DNA of 49,223 nt from a phage. Below, piece after piece: positions 17,029-27,700 of the stretch. The notes under the pieces are model-generated. The model did not search any database and was not told where the DNA came from. It saw only the letters and a list, made by a program, of their open reading frames with translations. Numbering within the stretch: the first letter of the stretch is position 1; each line of letters begins with the position of its first letter. The translations under genes and the position numbers were made by a program. The stretch is taken from the sequence record NC_103567.1, one strand, 5' to 3'.

Positions 17029-17461
17029 TTATTCGATCCGAGAATTTCATGGCAATGTTGATAAATGGATCGAGCAAGTAGAAAGCGGATTGAATGACGT
17101 GATTCAGATTTTTGGTGAAAAGGTTCACGGCGCATTAGTTGATATTGCGCCAGTGGATACAGGACGATTCAAAGCCAATATGCAGATCACAGCAAACAAG
17201 CCGCCTCTTTACGCGCTCAATCAATATGATCCTGATGGTGAGAAAACAAAAGCTGAAGGTCGCAGGGCGCTTTATGCTTTATTGCATGGCGGCGGCGCTA
17301 TTAAATCAATATACTTTTCCAATATGCTGATTTACGCTAATGCTCTTGAATATGGTCATTCAAAGCAAGCGCCAGCTGGGGTATTTGGTATCGTTGCGAT
17401 CCGGTTGCGCTCTTACATGGCGGAAGCGATAAGGGAGGCGAGAAAGAAAAATGCACTATGA
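17021..17461 (+). CDS. HK97 gp10-like tail component (putative)
   Basis: About 146-aa ORF; VDIAPVDTGRFKANMQ resembles the gp10-family PxDTGxL motif. Confidence 0.55.
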   Translation: MADYSIREFHGNVDKWIEQVESGLNDVIQIFGEKVHGALVDIAPVDTGRFKANMQITANKPPLYALNQYDPDGEKTKAEGRRALYALLHGGGAIKSIYFSNMLIYANALEYGHSKQAPAGVFGIVAIRLRSYMAEAIREARKKNAL

Positions 17462-17843
17462 ATTATCTGTTGCGGCAAGAATGGCGCTGGCTCAAGAATA
17501 CGAAAGCGAATATATGATAGCTTATGAAAACGTTGAATTTACGCCACCAAAAGGCGGAGGCATTTGGCTTAAATATGACTACAAAGAAGCAGATACAATA
17601 ATTCATGATCTGAAAAGGAAATGCATTAGCTATATTGGAATGGTTCAGATCGGAATTGAATTCCCGCCAGGTTCAGGAATTGATAAGGCTCGCAAGCTGG
17701 CAAAAAATATTGCTGATTTCTTTGAAGATGGTAAAATGCTTTCGAATGGCTATATTTCAGAAGGTGCAAAAGTGCATCAAGTTCAGAAATCAGAATCAGG
17801 CTGGTTTTATCCAGTACGTTTTTATGTTCGTTATGATGGTTAA
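17451..17843 (+). CDS. tail terminator / completion protein (putative)
   Basis: 130-aa ORF immediately upstream of the tail tube gene. Confidence 0.5.
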   Translation: MHYELSVAARMALAQEYESEYMIAYENVEFTPPKGGGIWLKYDYKEADTIIHDLKRKCISYIGMVQIGIEFPPGSGIDKARKLAKNIADFFEDGKMLSNGYISEGAKVHQVQKSESGWFYPVRFYVRYDG

Positions 17844-17857
17844 TAAAGGGGGCTATT

Positions 17858-18520
17858 ATGCACTTACCTAACGGAGCACAGATTTTTATTGAGAATACTC
17901 GCGCACAGGCAGTAAGCGCAACCAACGTTAGCAACGCTGAAAAACCGGAGTTCACTGTTGCAAGTGGCGGAACTGACTTTAAAAAGGGTGATTACATTAT
18001 CGTTACCGCCTCAAGTTGGGGTAAATTGCTTGATCGCGTTCTGCGTGTGACGGCGGCTGAAGAAACTAAGGTTACTGTTGAAGGTATCGACACAACCGAT
18101 ACTAACGTTTTCCCGGCTGGCGCTGTAACTGCGAGCTTTGCGAAAATCAACGGTTGGACAGAGATCCCATGCGTACAGGACTTGGGGCAGGACGGAGGCG
18201 AGCAACAGTATTACAATTACCAGTGCTTGAGCGATGACCAGGAGCAGCAGTTACCAACCTATAAAAGCGCGGTATCACTGACTTACACATTTGCGCATGA
18301 ATACGATAACCCGATTTATCCGCTATTGCGTAAGGCTGACGAATCCGGCGACGTTAAAGCATTGCGCATGTATGTACCAAAAGCGAAAGAAATGCGCCTT
18401 TGGGCTGGTGTGCTTTCTTTCAACGAGATCCCACAAACGGCGGTAAACGAAATGGAAACCGTTTCTTTGTCGGTATCCCTGAAAGGTCGCTTTACTTTCC
18501 TCCCTGCTAACCAGGATTAA
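17858..18520 (+). CDS. major tail (tube) protein
   Basis: 220-aa ORF with AAGGGGG RBS, followed by a terminator and the chaperone/tape-measure genes. Confidence 0.7.
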   Translation: MHLPNGAQIFIENTRAQAVSATNVSNAEKPEFTVASGGTDFKKGDYIIVTASSWGKLLDRVLRVTAAEETKVTVEGIDTTDTNVFPAGAVTASFAKINGWTEIPCVQDLGQDGGEQQYYNYQCLSDDQEQQLPTYKSAVSLTYTFAHEYDNPIYPLLRKADESGDVKALRMYVPKAKEMRLWAGVLSFNEIPQTAVNEMETVSLSVSLKGRFTFLPANQD

Positions 18521-18526
18521 TATTAA

Positions 18527-18549
18527 GGGGCGCATTGCGTCCCTTTTTT
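18527..18549 (+). terminator. rho-independent terminator
   Basis: GGGGCGCATTGCGTCCC plus T6. Confidence 0.65.
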
Positions 18550-18591
18550 ATTTGATGTAATATCACCTCAATATTTAACCACTCAGGAGAA

Positions 18592-18912
18592 ATGACAATG
18601 GCTAAAATGAAATTGACTCTTGCCCCGCTTCCAGATTTCAAACTTCCAGTTAAATTTGTATTGCCGGATGGTAACGAGCAAAAAATTGTGTTTACCGTTA
18701 AGCATAAAAAGGCCAGCGAGATTCAAGAGCTTTACCAGAAAGAAGGTATTAAAGATCCTGAATTCATCATGAATGTTGCCGTGGGTTGGGATCTGGAGGA
18801 AGAATTCAACGAAGAAAACGCGCAACTGTTAGTTGATTATTATCCTGGCGCGGCGCTGGCTCTTATGGGATCTTATTTAAGTGCGCTGGCAGGGCAACGC
18901 GTAAAAAACTAA
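18592..18912 (+). CDS. tail assembly chaperone (lambda G-like)
   Basis: 106-aa ORF upstream of the tape measure gene; ends just after an A_AAA_AAC heptamer. Confidence 0.7.
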   Translation: MTMAKMKLTLAPLPDFKLPVKFVLPDGNEQKIVFTVKHKKASEIQELYQKEGIKDPEFIMNVAVGWDLEEEFNEENAQLLVDYYPGAALALMGSYLSALAGQRVKN

Positions 18913-19229
18913 AACGGGCGGTTTATCTGTATTATCAGAAACCGCCGACAGATGCAGAATTGCAAGCCGTAGGATTAACCCGCGCAGACTATGAAGGAGA
19001 AGATCCGCCAGAGGTCATATTTGATGAAAGTATGATGCAATCATGGGATATATTTTGCGCGATGGGTACACAGTGGCGTAGTGCTGGCGCTGGTGCTTAC
19101 GGTTTTGATTATAATGTTTTGCCTATGTTATTCAGAATCTATAAAATAGAAGATGAAGAAATGGCCTTAAATGACTTGCGCATCATGGAACAAAAAGCAC
19201 TGGAAATGATGCAAGCAAATAACAAATAA
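18592..19229 (+). CDS. tail assembly chaperone -1 frameshift product (lambda GT-like)
   Basis: -1 frame is open from about 18837 through 19229; slippery heptamer at 18903-18909 sits 1 nt before the zero-frame stop. Confidence 0.55.
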
Positions 19230-19252
19230 AGCGCCTACGGGCGCTTTTTTTT
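19229..19252 (+). terminator. rho-independent terminator / attenuator before the tape measure gene
   Basis: AAGCGCCTACGGGCGCTT plus T8. Confidence 0.6.
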
Positions 19253-19267
19253 ATGAGGGTAAAATAT

Positions 19268-22177
19268 ATGGCTGAACAATTTGCAGGTTTAACACTTGGC
19301 GTGAACGTCGAGCAGTTAAACAAAGCTGTTAAGTCGTTACAGGACTTTAAAAAAGCCAACGACGAAGCAAAGAAAGGCGTTGAGAGCTTTGTTAACGAGG
19401 AAGAAGTTGCAAAGCAAAAGGCTAAACAGTTAGCCGATGAATTAGCGAAACAGAGCCGTGAATTTAAGAGAATTCAGGATACAGTTGATCCGACAGCGGC
19501 AAAAATGCGCAAGCTGTCACAGGCAGCAAGTGATCTTGATAAGCTATGGCAAAAAGGGATTGTACCTGATGAAACATTCTTCCAATTAGGGAGCATGTTG
19601 GAAACTCAGATCAGTAAATTGGAGCGCAACAAAAAGGCTCTTACGGAAGAAGGCCGCGCAGCGTTGGAAGAATCACGCGCCAAAGAGAAAGCAGCGGCAG
19701 CAGGAAAGAGCTTCCTTGCGGATCTAGAATCACAGGCGGCGGCTCTTGGAAAAACCAAATCTGAATTACTGGAAATGAAAGCCGCGCAACTTGGCGTAAG
19801 TGCTCAGGCCGCGCCATTCATTGCACAGCTTAAAGCGCAAGAGCGCCAGATGAAATTAACCGGAATTAGCGCGGGGCAATATAACCAGGCAATGCGACAA
19901 CTTCCGGCTCAGATCACTGACGTTGTAACGTCGCTGGCTTCCGGCATGCCTGTTTGGTTGGTTGCAATCCAGCAGGGTGGGCAGATTAAAGATTCTTTCG
20001 GCGGCGTTGGTAATACGTTTAAAGTGCTGTTGTCGTTTCTTAATCCGGTAAACGTTGGCCTTGCCGCATTAGCCGTTTCAATGGGTGCTCTTGTTAAGGC
20101 TGGTTATGATGCGTATAAGTCGCAACGTGACTTGCAAGAGGCGTTGGTGCTGACTGGTGGCTATGCTGGCACAAGCGGCGCACAGTTCGATAAGCTGGCG
20201 CAGGACATTAATAACAGCACTGATGCGACGATAGGAAACATCCGATCCATCGCAACAGAGCTTGCAAAATCCGGCAAATTCACGATTGATCAGATTAAAT
20301 CGATCACAAAGACTACCGCTCAGTGGTCAACGGTAACGGGTGAATCAAGCGACAAGATAACCGATTACTTTAATAAGATTGCTGGCGATCCGGTTAAAGG
20401 TCTTGCAGAGCTAAACGAGCAATTCAACTTTTTAAGCGAAGGGCAGTTAACTTATATTGCAGACCTGGAGAAAACGAAAGGAAAAACGGAAGCAGTGACG
20501 GCGGCGACAAAGTTATTTGCTGATGTTATGGATAAGAGATTAGCTAAACTGGCAGACTCCGCAACGCCATTAGAAAAGATGTGGACGAACATTAAAAAAT
20601 GGGCGTCAGATGCTTGGGGATGGGTTGGAGATCACACGCTGGCGGCGCTTAACCTGATTATCGACGTTGTAGCCGGAACTGTTGAGCAGGTTAGATACTT
20701 GCTTAATCAGGGTGATATTCTCATTGGTGAATTTATTGTGTCGGCAACTAAGACGATGCAAAAAATCCCAGGTCTTGATAATGTTGGCAATTCTGTAATT
20801 TCGCAACAACAGAAGATCATTAATAACGCCAAAGAGAACAACAAGGAGCTATTAAAATCAATTGCAGAACGTAACGAGCGAGTCAAAAAAGGCGAGCAGG
20901 GTTACATTGACATGATGAAAAATCGTGCGGCGGTTGAACAGCAATATGCTACTAAAACAAAGGAGAATATCAGGAAGGAAGCCGAGGAATTAGCCAAACG
21001 CGATAAAAAGCAAAAGGCTGAAAAAGTTAAGGTATCGGCTGGCGATAAGCTGGAAGAACAATATCAGCGTGATATCCTGGCGTTAGAAACTCAATTAAGA
21101 GTTTTGAAAGAGCACAAGACGATCACAGATACCATAAGCCAGCAACGTAAATCTTTATGGGCTGAACAAGCTAAAATTCAGATTCTGCAAGAGGCCTCAA
21201 CAAAACGGCAACTTACTGATGAAGAAAAAAGCATTTTAGCAAACAAAGATAAGATCCTGGCGATGGCTGAACAAAAAGCTATTTTAGGAGATCAGATTGT
21301 TGCACAAACGCGACTTAATCAGTTGCAAGATAGCTCAATCAAGTTTATCCAGCAGCAGAAAGCAGCAACAGAAGCACTAGCCAAAACCAGAGGGTTAAGC
21401 GAGCGTGAAGCAGCAAGAGCGGCTGAACGTGCAAAGGTTGAGGCTGATTATCTTGCCAAAGGAGGTAAGGAAGGAGATCCGCAACTCACCGCCATGATGG
21501 ATGAATTAGACAACCGCTATAAAGAGGAAGATGCTAAACGTGCTGATTGGTTATCTGGTGCAAAACATGCCTTTGCGGAGTACGGCGAAGAAGCAATGAA
21601 CATGTATGATAATATCGGCAACATTGCGAGCCAGGCGTTAAACGGCCTATCTCAACAAATGGCTGATTTCTTGACTACTGGACAAGCAAACTTCAAAGAC
21701 TTTGCAAAATCGATCATTAGCCTTATTGTTCAGATGATCACAAAGATGGTTATCTTCAATAGCATTTCCGGCATGATGGGCGGCTCAACCTGGACACTTG
21801 GAAGCCTTTTAAGCGGTGCTGGTTTTGCTGGCGGCGGTTATACTGGCGACGGTGGCAAATATGATCCGGCTGGCGTTGTTCATAAGGGTGAGTTTGTTTT
21901 CACCAAAGAGGCAACGCAAAGAATCGGAGCTAAAAACCTGTATCGCATGATGCGAGGTTATGCAAACGGCGGTCAAGTAGGAAGCGTGACAACTGGCGGC
22001 GCTGGCATCAATCGCGGTGCATCGCAATTTGCATTTGGTGATATCAACGTTAACATTGACAACGGTCAAGATCCAAAAGGGATGGAAACTGGTATCAAGA
22101 TGATTTTCACTGAAATGATTCAACGGTCATGCTCGCAAGGTGGCGAGGTTTATAATTTTGTTCATGGGAGGGCTTAA
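19268..22177 (+). CDS. tail tape measure protein
   Basis: About 969 aa, long Ala/Lys/Glu/Gln-rich predicted coiled coil, C-terminal Gly-rich segment. Confidence 0.85.
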   Translation: MAEQFAGLTLGVNVEQLNKAVKSLQDFKKANDEAKKGVESFVNEEEVAKQKAKQLADELAKQSREFKRIQDTVDPTAAKMRKLSQAASDLDKLWQKGIVPDETFFQLGSMLETQISKLERNKKALTEEGRAALEESRAKEKAAAAGKSFLADLESQAAALGKTKSELLEMKAAQLGVSAQAAPFIAQLKAQERQMKLTGISAGQYNQAMRQLPAQITDVVTSLASGMPVWLVAIQQGGQIKDSFGGVGNTFKVLLSFLNPVNVGLAALAVSMGALVKAGYDAYKSQRDLQEALVLTGGYAGTSGAQFDKLAQDINNSTDATIGNIRSIATELAKSGKFTIDQIKSITKTTAQWSTVTGESSDKITDYFNKIAGDPVKGLAELNEQFNFLSEGQLTYIADLEKTKGKTEAVTAATKLFADVMDKRLAKLADSATPLEKMWTNIKKWASDAWGWVGDHTLAALNLIIDVVAGTVEQVRYLLNQGDILIGEFIVSATKTMQKIPGLDNVGNSVISQQQKIINNAKENNKELLKSIAERNERVKKGEQGYIDMMKNRAAVEQQYATKTKENIRKEAEELAKRDKKQKAEKVKVSAGDKLEEQYQRDILALETQLRVLKEHKTITDTISQQRKSLWAEQAKIQILQEASTKRQLTDEEKSILANKDKILAMAEQKAILGDQIVAQTRLNQLQDSSIKFIQQQKAATEALAKTRGLSEREAARAAERAKVEADYLAKGGKEGDPQLTAMMDELDNRYKEEDAKRADWLSGAKHAFAEYGEEAMNMYDNIGNIASQALNGLSQQMADFLTTGQANFKDFAKSIISLIVQMITKMVIFNSISGMMGGSTWTLGSLLSGAGFAGGGYTGDGGKYDPAGVVHKGEFVFTKEATQRIGAKNLYRMMRGYANGGQVGSVTTGGAGINRGASQFAFGDINVNIDNGQDPKGMETGIKMIFTEMIQRSCSQGGEVYNFVHGRA

Positions 22178-22524
22178 TGTTAGATGAATTTACCTGGTGT
22201 ACGCAGATTCAGAGCGGCGGCGGTGTAATGACAACTACCAATAACGACAGGGAAGTTGTTTTTGGTAACGGCTATCGCCAAAAGGCATCTTCTGGATTTA
22301 ACACGGAAAGGAGGGAGTTTTCTATTGTATATGTTGGCAATGATTATAAGGCTGTTAAAGCATTTATGACGGATCACAGGTTAAAGCCTTTCTTGTGGAA
22401 AACTCCAGACGGTAGTTTTGGGTTGTTTACCGTAAAAGCCGGAACGGTTGGACTAACGCCAATTAGCCGAACCGCTCAGGAAGTCAAAGCAACTTTTACG
22501 GAAGAATTTACATCAATGCGATAA
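22177..22524 (+). CDS. minor tail protein (lambda M-like)
   Basis: 115-aa ORF overlapping the tape measure stop. Confidence 0.6.
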   Translation: MLDEFTWCTQIQSGGGVMTTTNNDREVVFGNGYRQKASSGFNTERREFSIVYVGNDYKAVKAFMTDHRLKPFLWKTPDGSFGLFTVKAGTVGLTPISRTAQEVKATFTEEFTSMR

Positions 22525-22528
22525 ATCA

Positions 22529-22551
22529 AAGCCGCCTTGTGCGGCTTTTTT
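22529..22551 (+). terminator. rho-independent terminator followed by a TATAAT late-promoter-like element
   Basis: AAGCCGCCTTGTGCGGCTT plus T-run, then TGTGTCTATAATGG. Confidence 0.6.
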
Positions 22552-22590
22552 ATTGTGTCTATAATGGTGCTTTATTGGAGGGCATAAAAT

Positions 22591-23349
22591 ATGGATGAAA
22601 AACAGATCAAAAAGACTTTTGAAAATTGTCTGCAATCGCTTTTTCCTGGTGAGATTATTACTCTTGTCGAGGTTGACGGCACAAAATTTGGTGCTCAGGT
22701 TTACCGCTTTCATGCTGAAAATATCGCGTACACGCCAGAGGAATTAATGCAAGCGCGTGAAACTGGAATATTGCCGCCTAAAGACATTAAATTCCGTGGT
22801 GAGGTTTACGGGGCGCGGCCTTTTGGGATTACTGGCATAGGATTTACAAGTAACGGAAAGGCAGAGAAACCACAATTAGCGCTTTCAAATTTAGATAGCC
22901 GCGTATCTGCATTAATCAGATCATATAATGGCATGATGCAAGCCAAAGTAACAATTTGGGTTACATCGGCTGATTTAATTGATGATGAAGGTAATGTGGA
23001 GGACGGCGCATATAGAAAACTGGTTTATTATATTGAGCGTCCAAATTTTGTTAATCAGACGGTTGCACGTTTTGAATTAACATCACCTTATGATATGGAT
23101 GGAATTATGATCCCGCCACGACTTACGCAAAGCGTTTGTTATTGGGCGCAACGTGGATGGTATAGAAGCGGTAAAGGTTGCGGATATAACGGATCTGCAA
23201 TGTTCGATAAAGATAATAATCCTGTAACAGATCCGAGTAAGGATTATTGCGCCGGAACGGTAACAGCTTGCAAATTGCGTTTTGGTCCTGAAAATGAATT
23301 AGATTTCGGCGGAGCGGCTGTTGCTTCACTGTTGAGGAAAAACCAATGA
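22591..23349 (+). CDS. minor tail protein (lambda L-like)
   Basis: 252-aa ORF with Cys-containing C-terminal region, canonical position. Confidence 0.6.
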   Translation: MDEKQIKKTFENCLQSLFPGEIITLVEVDGTKFGAQVYRFHAENIAYTPEELMQARETGILPPKDIKFRGEVYGARPFGITGIGFTSNGKAEKPQLALSNLDSRVSALIRSYNGMMQAKVTIWVTSADLIDDEGNVEDGAYRKLVYYIERPNFVNQTVARFELTSPYDMDGIMIPPRLTQSVCYWAQRGWYRSGKGCGYNGSAMFDKDNNPVTDPSKDYCAGTVTACKLRFGPENELDFGGAAVASLLRKNQ

Positions 23350-24068
23350 TTAATGCAAAAATTAAACTTGAAATTATGCGACACGCTAATGATGTTTATC
23401 CTAATGAATGTTGCGGCCTGGTAACTCAAAAATCACGCGTCCAGAAATATCACCGGATCGATAACGTAAGCAAAGAGCAGGAAAAGCATTTTGAAATGGA
23501 CGCGACACAATACGCAGAGGTTGAGGATAGCGGCGCGGATATTATCGCCATAGTTCACAGCCACACAGGGGAAGGGGCAACCACAATCCCTAGCGCACAC
23601 GATTTGTGCATGTGTGATGAAACTGGTGTTTCTTGGGTTATCGTTTCGATACCAGAAGGAGACATGAGAATCATAGAGCCACAATCACGGCCTTTGATTG
23701 GTCGCCCCTGGTCGCTTGGTGCTTATGATTGTTGGGGTCTTATTATGGCATGGCATAAAGAGCAAGGCGTGATCCTGAATGATTTCCGTAAGCCGTATGA
23801 ATGGTGGAAGCCGGAACATGGTGAAAACCTTTATCAAGATAATTACTTGAAAGAAGGTTTTATAGAAACAGGAGAGCCACCAAAGCCAGGTGATATGATC
23901 ATAATGCAGTTGCAAGCGCCAGTATGGAACCACGCAGGAATTTATTTAGGCAACAATCAACTATTGCATCATGCATTCGGCAAGTTGTCGCGAGTTGATT
24001 TATATTCTGGATGGTATCAGGAACACACAACAATGATTTGCAGACATAAGGATCTGAAAAATGAATAA
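23346..24068 (+). CDS. tail assembly protein (lambda K-like, MPN/JAB plus NlpC/P60 domains)
   Basis: HSHTGEGATTIPSAHD resembles a JAMM motif; YDCWGL resembles the NlpC/P60 catalytic Cys. Confidence 0.7.
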   Translation: MINAKIKLEIMRHANDVYPNECCGLVTQKSRVQKYHRIDNVSKEQEKHFEMDATQYAEVEDSGADIIAIVHSHTGEGATTIPSAHDLCMCDETGVSWVIVSIPEGDMRIIEPQSRPLIGRPWSLGAYDCWGLIMAWHKEQGVILNDFRKPYEWWKPEHGENLYQDNYLKEGFIETGEPPKPGDMIIMQLQAPVWNHAGIYLGNNQLLHHAFGKLSRVDLYSGWYQEHTTMICRHKDLKNE

Positions 24069-24660
24069 GGTTATCAACGTAAAATTATCAGGCTCATTAG
24101 GTCGCCGCTTTGGTGTTTTCCATAAATACGCCGTTGAGAGTTGGCCTGAATGCGTAAGGGCATTATCAAGCCAGGTTGAAGGATTCAAAGAATTTATGCA
24201 AAGTGAAATCGGATCAAAGATGAAATTTGCAATTTTCGTTGATGGTAAAAATGTTGGCTTGAATAATGATAGCGCATGGCGTTGCGCTCGCGAGGTTCGA
24301 ATTGTTCCGGTTCCAACAGGTTCAAAAAGCGGCGGTTTATTTCAGGTTGTATTGGGTGCTGTTATTATGGTCACTGCGTTTTTCACTGGTGGTGCATCGC
24401 TGGCGGCTATGGGTGCTTTTTCATCGGCTGCATTTATGATGGGTGGTGCAATGGCTCTTGGCGGAGTAATGCAGATGATTAGCCCACAACAAGGAGGAAT
24501 GAGAATGGAAAGCCAGAGCGCAGCTAACAAGCCGTCTTATGCGTTTGGCGGTGCTGTTAATACCACGGCGGCAGGTTATCCGGTTCCGTTGCCTTATGGT
24601 TATAGAACGGTTGGCGGCGCTATATTTAGTGCTGGATCATACGCAGAAGATAAACTCTAA
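24061..24660 (+). CDS. tail assembly protein (lambda I-like)
   Basis: 199-aa ORF with Gly/Ala-rich hydrophobic C-terminal half. Confidence 0.6.
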   Translation: MNKVINVKLSGSLGRRFGVFHKYAVESWPECVRALSSQVEGFKEFMQSEIGSKMKFAIFVDGKNVGLNNDSAWRCAREVRIVPVPTGSKSGGLFQVVLGAVIMVTAFFTGGASLAAMGAFSSAAFMMGGAMALGGVMQMISPQQGGMRMESQSAANKPSYAFGGAVNTTAAGYPVPLPYGYRTVGGAIFSAGSYAEDKL

Positions 24661-24668
24661 TTATATTA

Positions 24669-24691
24669 ACCCGCCGTTGCGCGGGTTTTTT
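24669..24691 (+). terminator. rho-independent terminator
   Basis: ACCCGCCGTTGCGCGGGT plus T6. Confidence 0.65.
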
Positions 24692-24740
24692 GTTACATGT
24701 ACAATGACAGCACGTTAAATAGCAAGAAAGGTTAAACGCT

Positions 24741-27700
24741 ATGGTTAAAAATATGATAACTGGCAGTAAGGGCGGTTCATCTAAACCGCACACACCTGTT
24801 GAAATGGAAGATAACTTGATTTCAATTAACAGGATCAGAATTCTTTTAGCTGTTTCTGATGGTGAAGTTGATCCAGACTTTTCATTAAAAGATTTATATT
24901 TTGATGACGTTCCGGTTATGAATCAGGACGGGTCACTAAACTTTCAGAATGTTAAAGCCGAATTCAGACCAGGATCACAAACGCAAGATTATATTCAGGG
25001 ATTCACTGACACGGCGAGTGAGATTACTGTTGCTCGCGATCTGACGGCTGCAACTCCTTATATTATTTCCGTGACTAATAAAAACCTTTCCGCGATCCGT
25101 ATTAAAATTTTAATGCCGCGAGGGTTTACGCAGGAGGATAACGGAGATTTAACAGGCGTTCGCGTTGAATATGCTGTTGATATGGCTGTTGATGGTGCTG
25201 AATATAAAGAGGTTTTGTATGATGTAATTGAAGGTAAAACAATGAGCGGTTACGACAGAAGCCGCCGAATTGATTTACCTGCTTTCAATGAGCGTGTTTT
25301 ATTGCGCGTCCGTCGCCTGACAGATAGCACGTCAGCAAGGGTAACGGATCTGATTAAAATGCAAAGCTATGCTGAAGTTGTAGACGCTAAATTTCGTTAC
25401 CCACTGACTGGTTTAGTATATGTTGAGTTTGACAGCGAATTATTCCCTAATGCGTTGCCGAATATCAGCATTAAGAAAAAATGGAAAATCATTAATGTTC
25501 CGTCAAATTATGATCCTATTTCCCGCACTTACTCAGGGTCATGGGATGGAACCTGGAAAAAGGCATGGAGTAATAACCCTGCTTTTGTTCTGTATGATTT
25601 GATTACCAATCAGCGTTACGGACTCGATCAAAGAGAATTAGGCATCGCGCTTGATAAATGGAGCATTTACGAATGTGCGCAGTATTGCGATCAGATGGTT
25701 CCAGACGGTAAAGGCGGAACAGAGCCGCGCTATCTTTGCGACGTTGTGATCCAGAGCCAGGTAGAAGCGTATCAGCTTGTCCGTGATATTTGCTCAATCT
25801 TTCGAGGAATGAGTTTTTGGAACGGTGAAAGCCTTTCAATTGTGATCGATAAGCCGCGCGATGCGTCATACATCTTTACCAATGACAACGTGGTTAATGG
25901 TGAGTTTACTTACACGTTTGCCAGCGAGAAAAGCATGTACACGCAATGTAACGTGACTTTCGACGACGAACAAAACATGTATCAACAGGATGTTGAGGGA
26001 GTTTTCGAAACGGAGGCGGCGTTACGCTTTGGATATAACAGCACGTCAATAACTGCTATCGGTTGCACTCGACGTAGTGAGGCTAATCGCCGTGGGCGCT
26101 GGATTCTGAAAACCAACGTCAAGAGCACAACAGTAAACTTTGCTACTGGCCTGGAAGGTATGATCCCAACGGTAGGCGATGTAATTGTTGTTTCGGATAA
26201 CTTCTGGTCAAGCGCTTTGACGCTGAATCTATCAGGTCGATTGATGGAGGTTAACGGGTTGCAGGTGTTCACGCCGTTTAAGGTTGACGCAAGAGCGGGT
26301 GATCGCATTCTGGTAAATAAGCCGGATGGTAAGCCAGTTGGTCGAACCATTGCGCGTGTGAGCGATGACGGCAAAACGCTAACGCTAAACACAACGTTTG
26401 GCTTTGACGTTAAGCCGGATGCGGTTTTTGCAATTGAGCGCACAGATATAGCCCAGCAACGCTATGTAGTAACAGGAATAACTAAAGGTGATGGTGATGA
26501 AGAATTTGTATACAACATCACGGCTGTTGAATACGACGCTAACAAGTACGATGAAATTGATTATGGTGTGAACATTGATGATCGCCCTACTTCCATTGTG
26601 CAGCCTGACATTCTGCCAGCACCTGAAAACGTCAAGATCGAATCTTATTCGCGAGTTGTTCAGGGCGCGAGCGTGGAAACAATGCACGTTTCATGGGATA
26701 AAGTTGAATACGCAAGTCTGTATGAAATGCAGTGGCGAAAAGACAATGGCAACTGGAACAATACGCCGCGAACCGCGAACAAGGAAACGGAAGTTGAAGG
26801 TATTTATGCGGGTAACTATCACGTAAGGGTTAGATCTGTTGCGGCTAATGGTTCAGCGTCTGGATGGTCTGCAATAGTAAGCGCAGGATTAACCGGAAAA
26901 GTGGGAGAGCCGGAAAAGCCAATTAACCTTACAGCGTCAGATAATGAGGTTTTCGGAATTCGCGTAAAATGGGGTATGCCGGAGGGAAGCGGAGACACGG
27001 CCTATATAGAGTTGCATCAAGCGCCAAACGGTGCTGATGGTCATCCTATAGTTGACGAAGCAACGCTATTAACGCTTGTTCCGTTCCCGCAATATGAGTA
27101 TTGGCATTCAATACTGCCAGCGGGTCATGTTGTCTGGTACAAGGCAAGGGCAGTTGACAAAATCGGGAATGTGTCTGATTGGACTGACTTTGTGCGCGGC
27201 ATGGCTTCCGACGATACGAGCATTATCACGGATCATATTAAGGTCGATATTGAAAATTCTGATGGATATAAGTGGTTACAGGAAAACGCAATAAAGGCCA
27301 ATGATAAGATCCACAGCACAGCGGAATCAGTGATTGAAAACGCATTAGCGAATGATAAAGATGTGCGACGTATGCGAGTTGAAAACGGCAAGCGTAAAGC
27401 GGAGTTCTTGCAATCGCTGAAACTCATTGCAGACGAAACAGAAGCAAGGGTAACGCAGGTCACTCAAATGAGTGCGCAATTTGACGAGAAATTAACGGCT
27501 CAAAATAGCGAATTGAGAGAGGTAATTGCTAACAGCACTGAAACCATTAGCCAAAGGATTGATCAGCTTACAGCTACGTTTGAGAGCGAAATTGATGGTG
27601 TTAAGCAGGATATCAAAGCACAGATAACTGATGTTAACAAGGCAATCACCAATGAAGCGGAAGCGCGAGCGTCAGCGGATAGGGCGTTATCAACTCAAAT

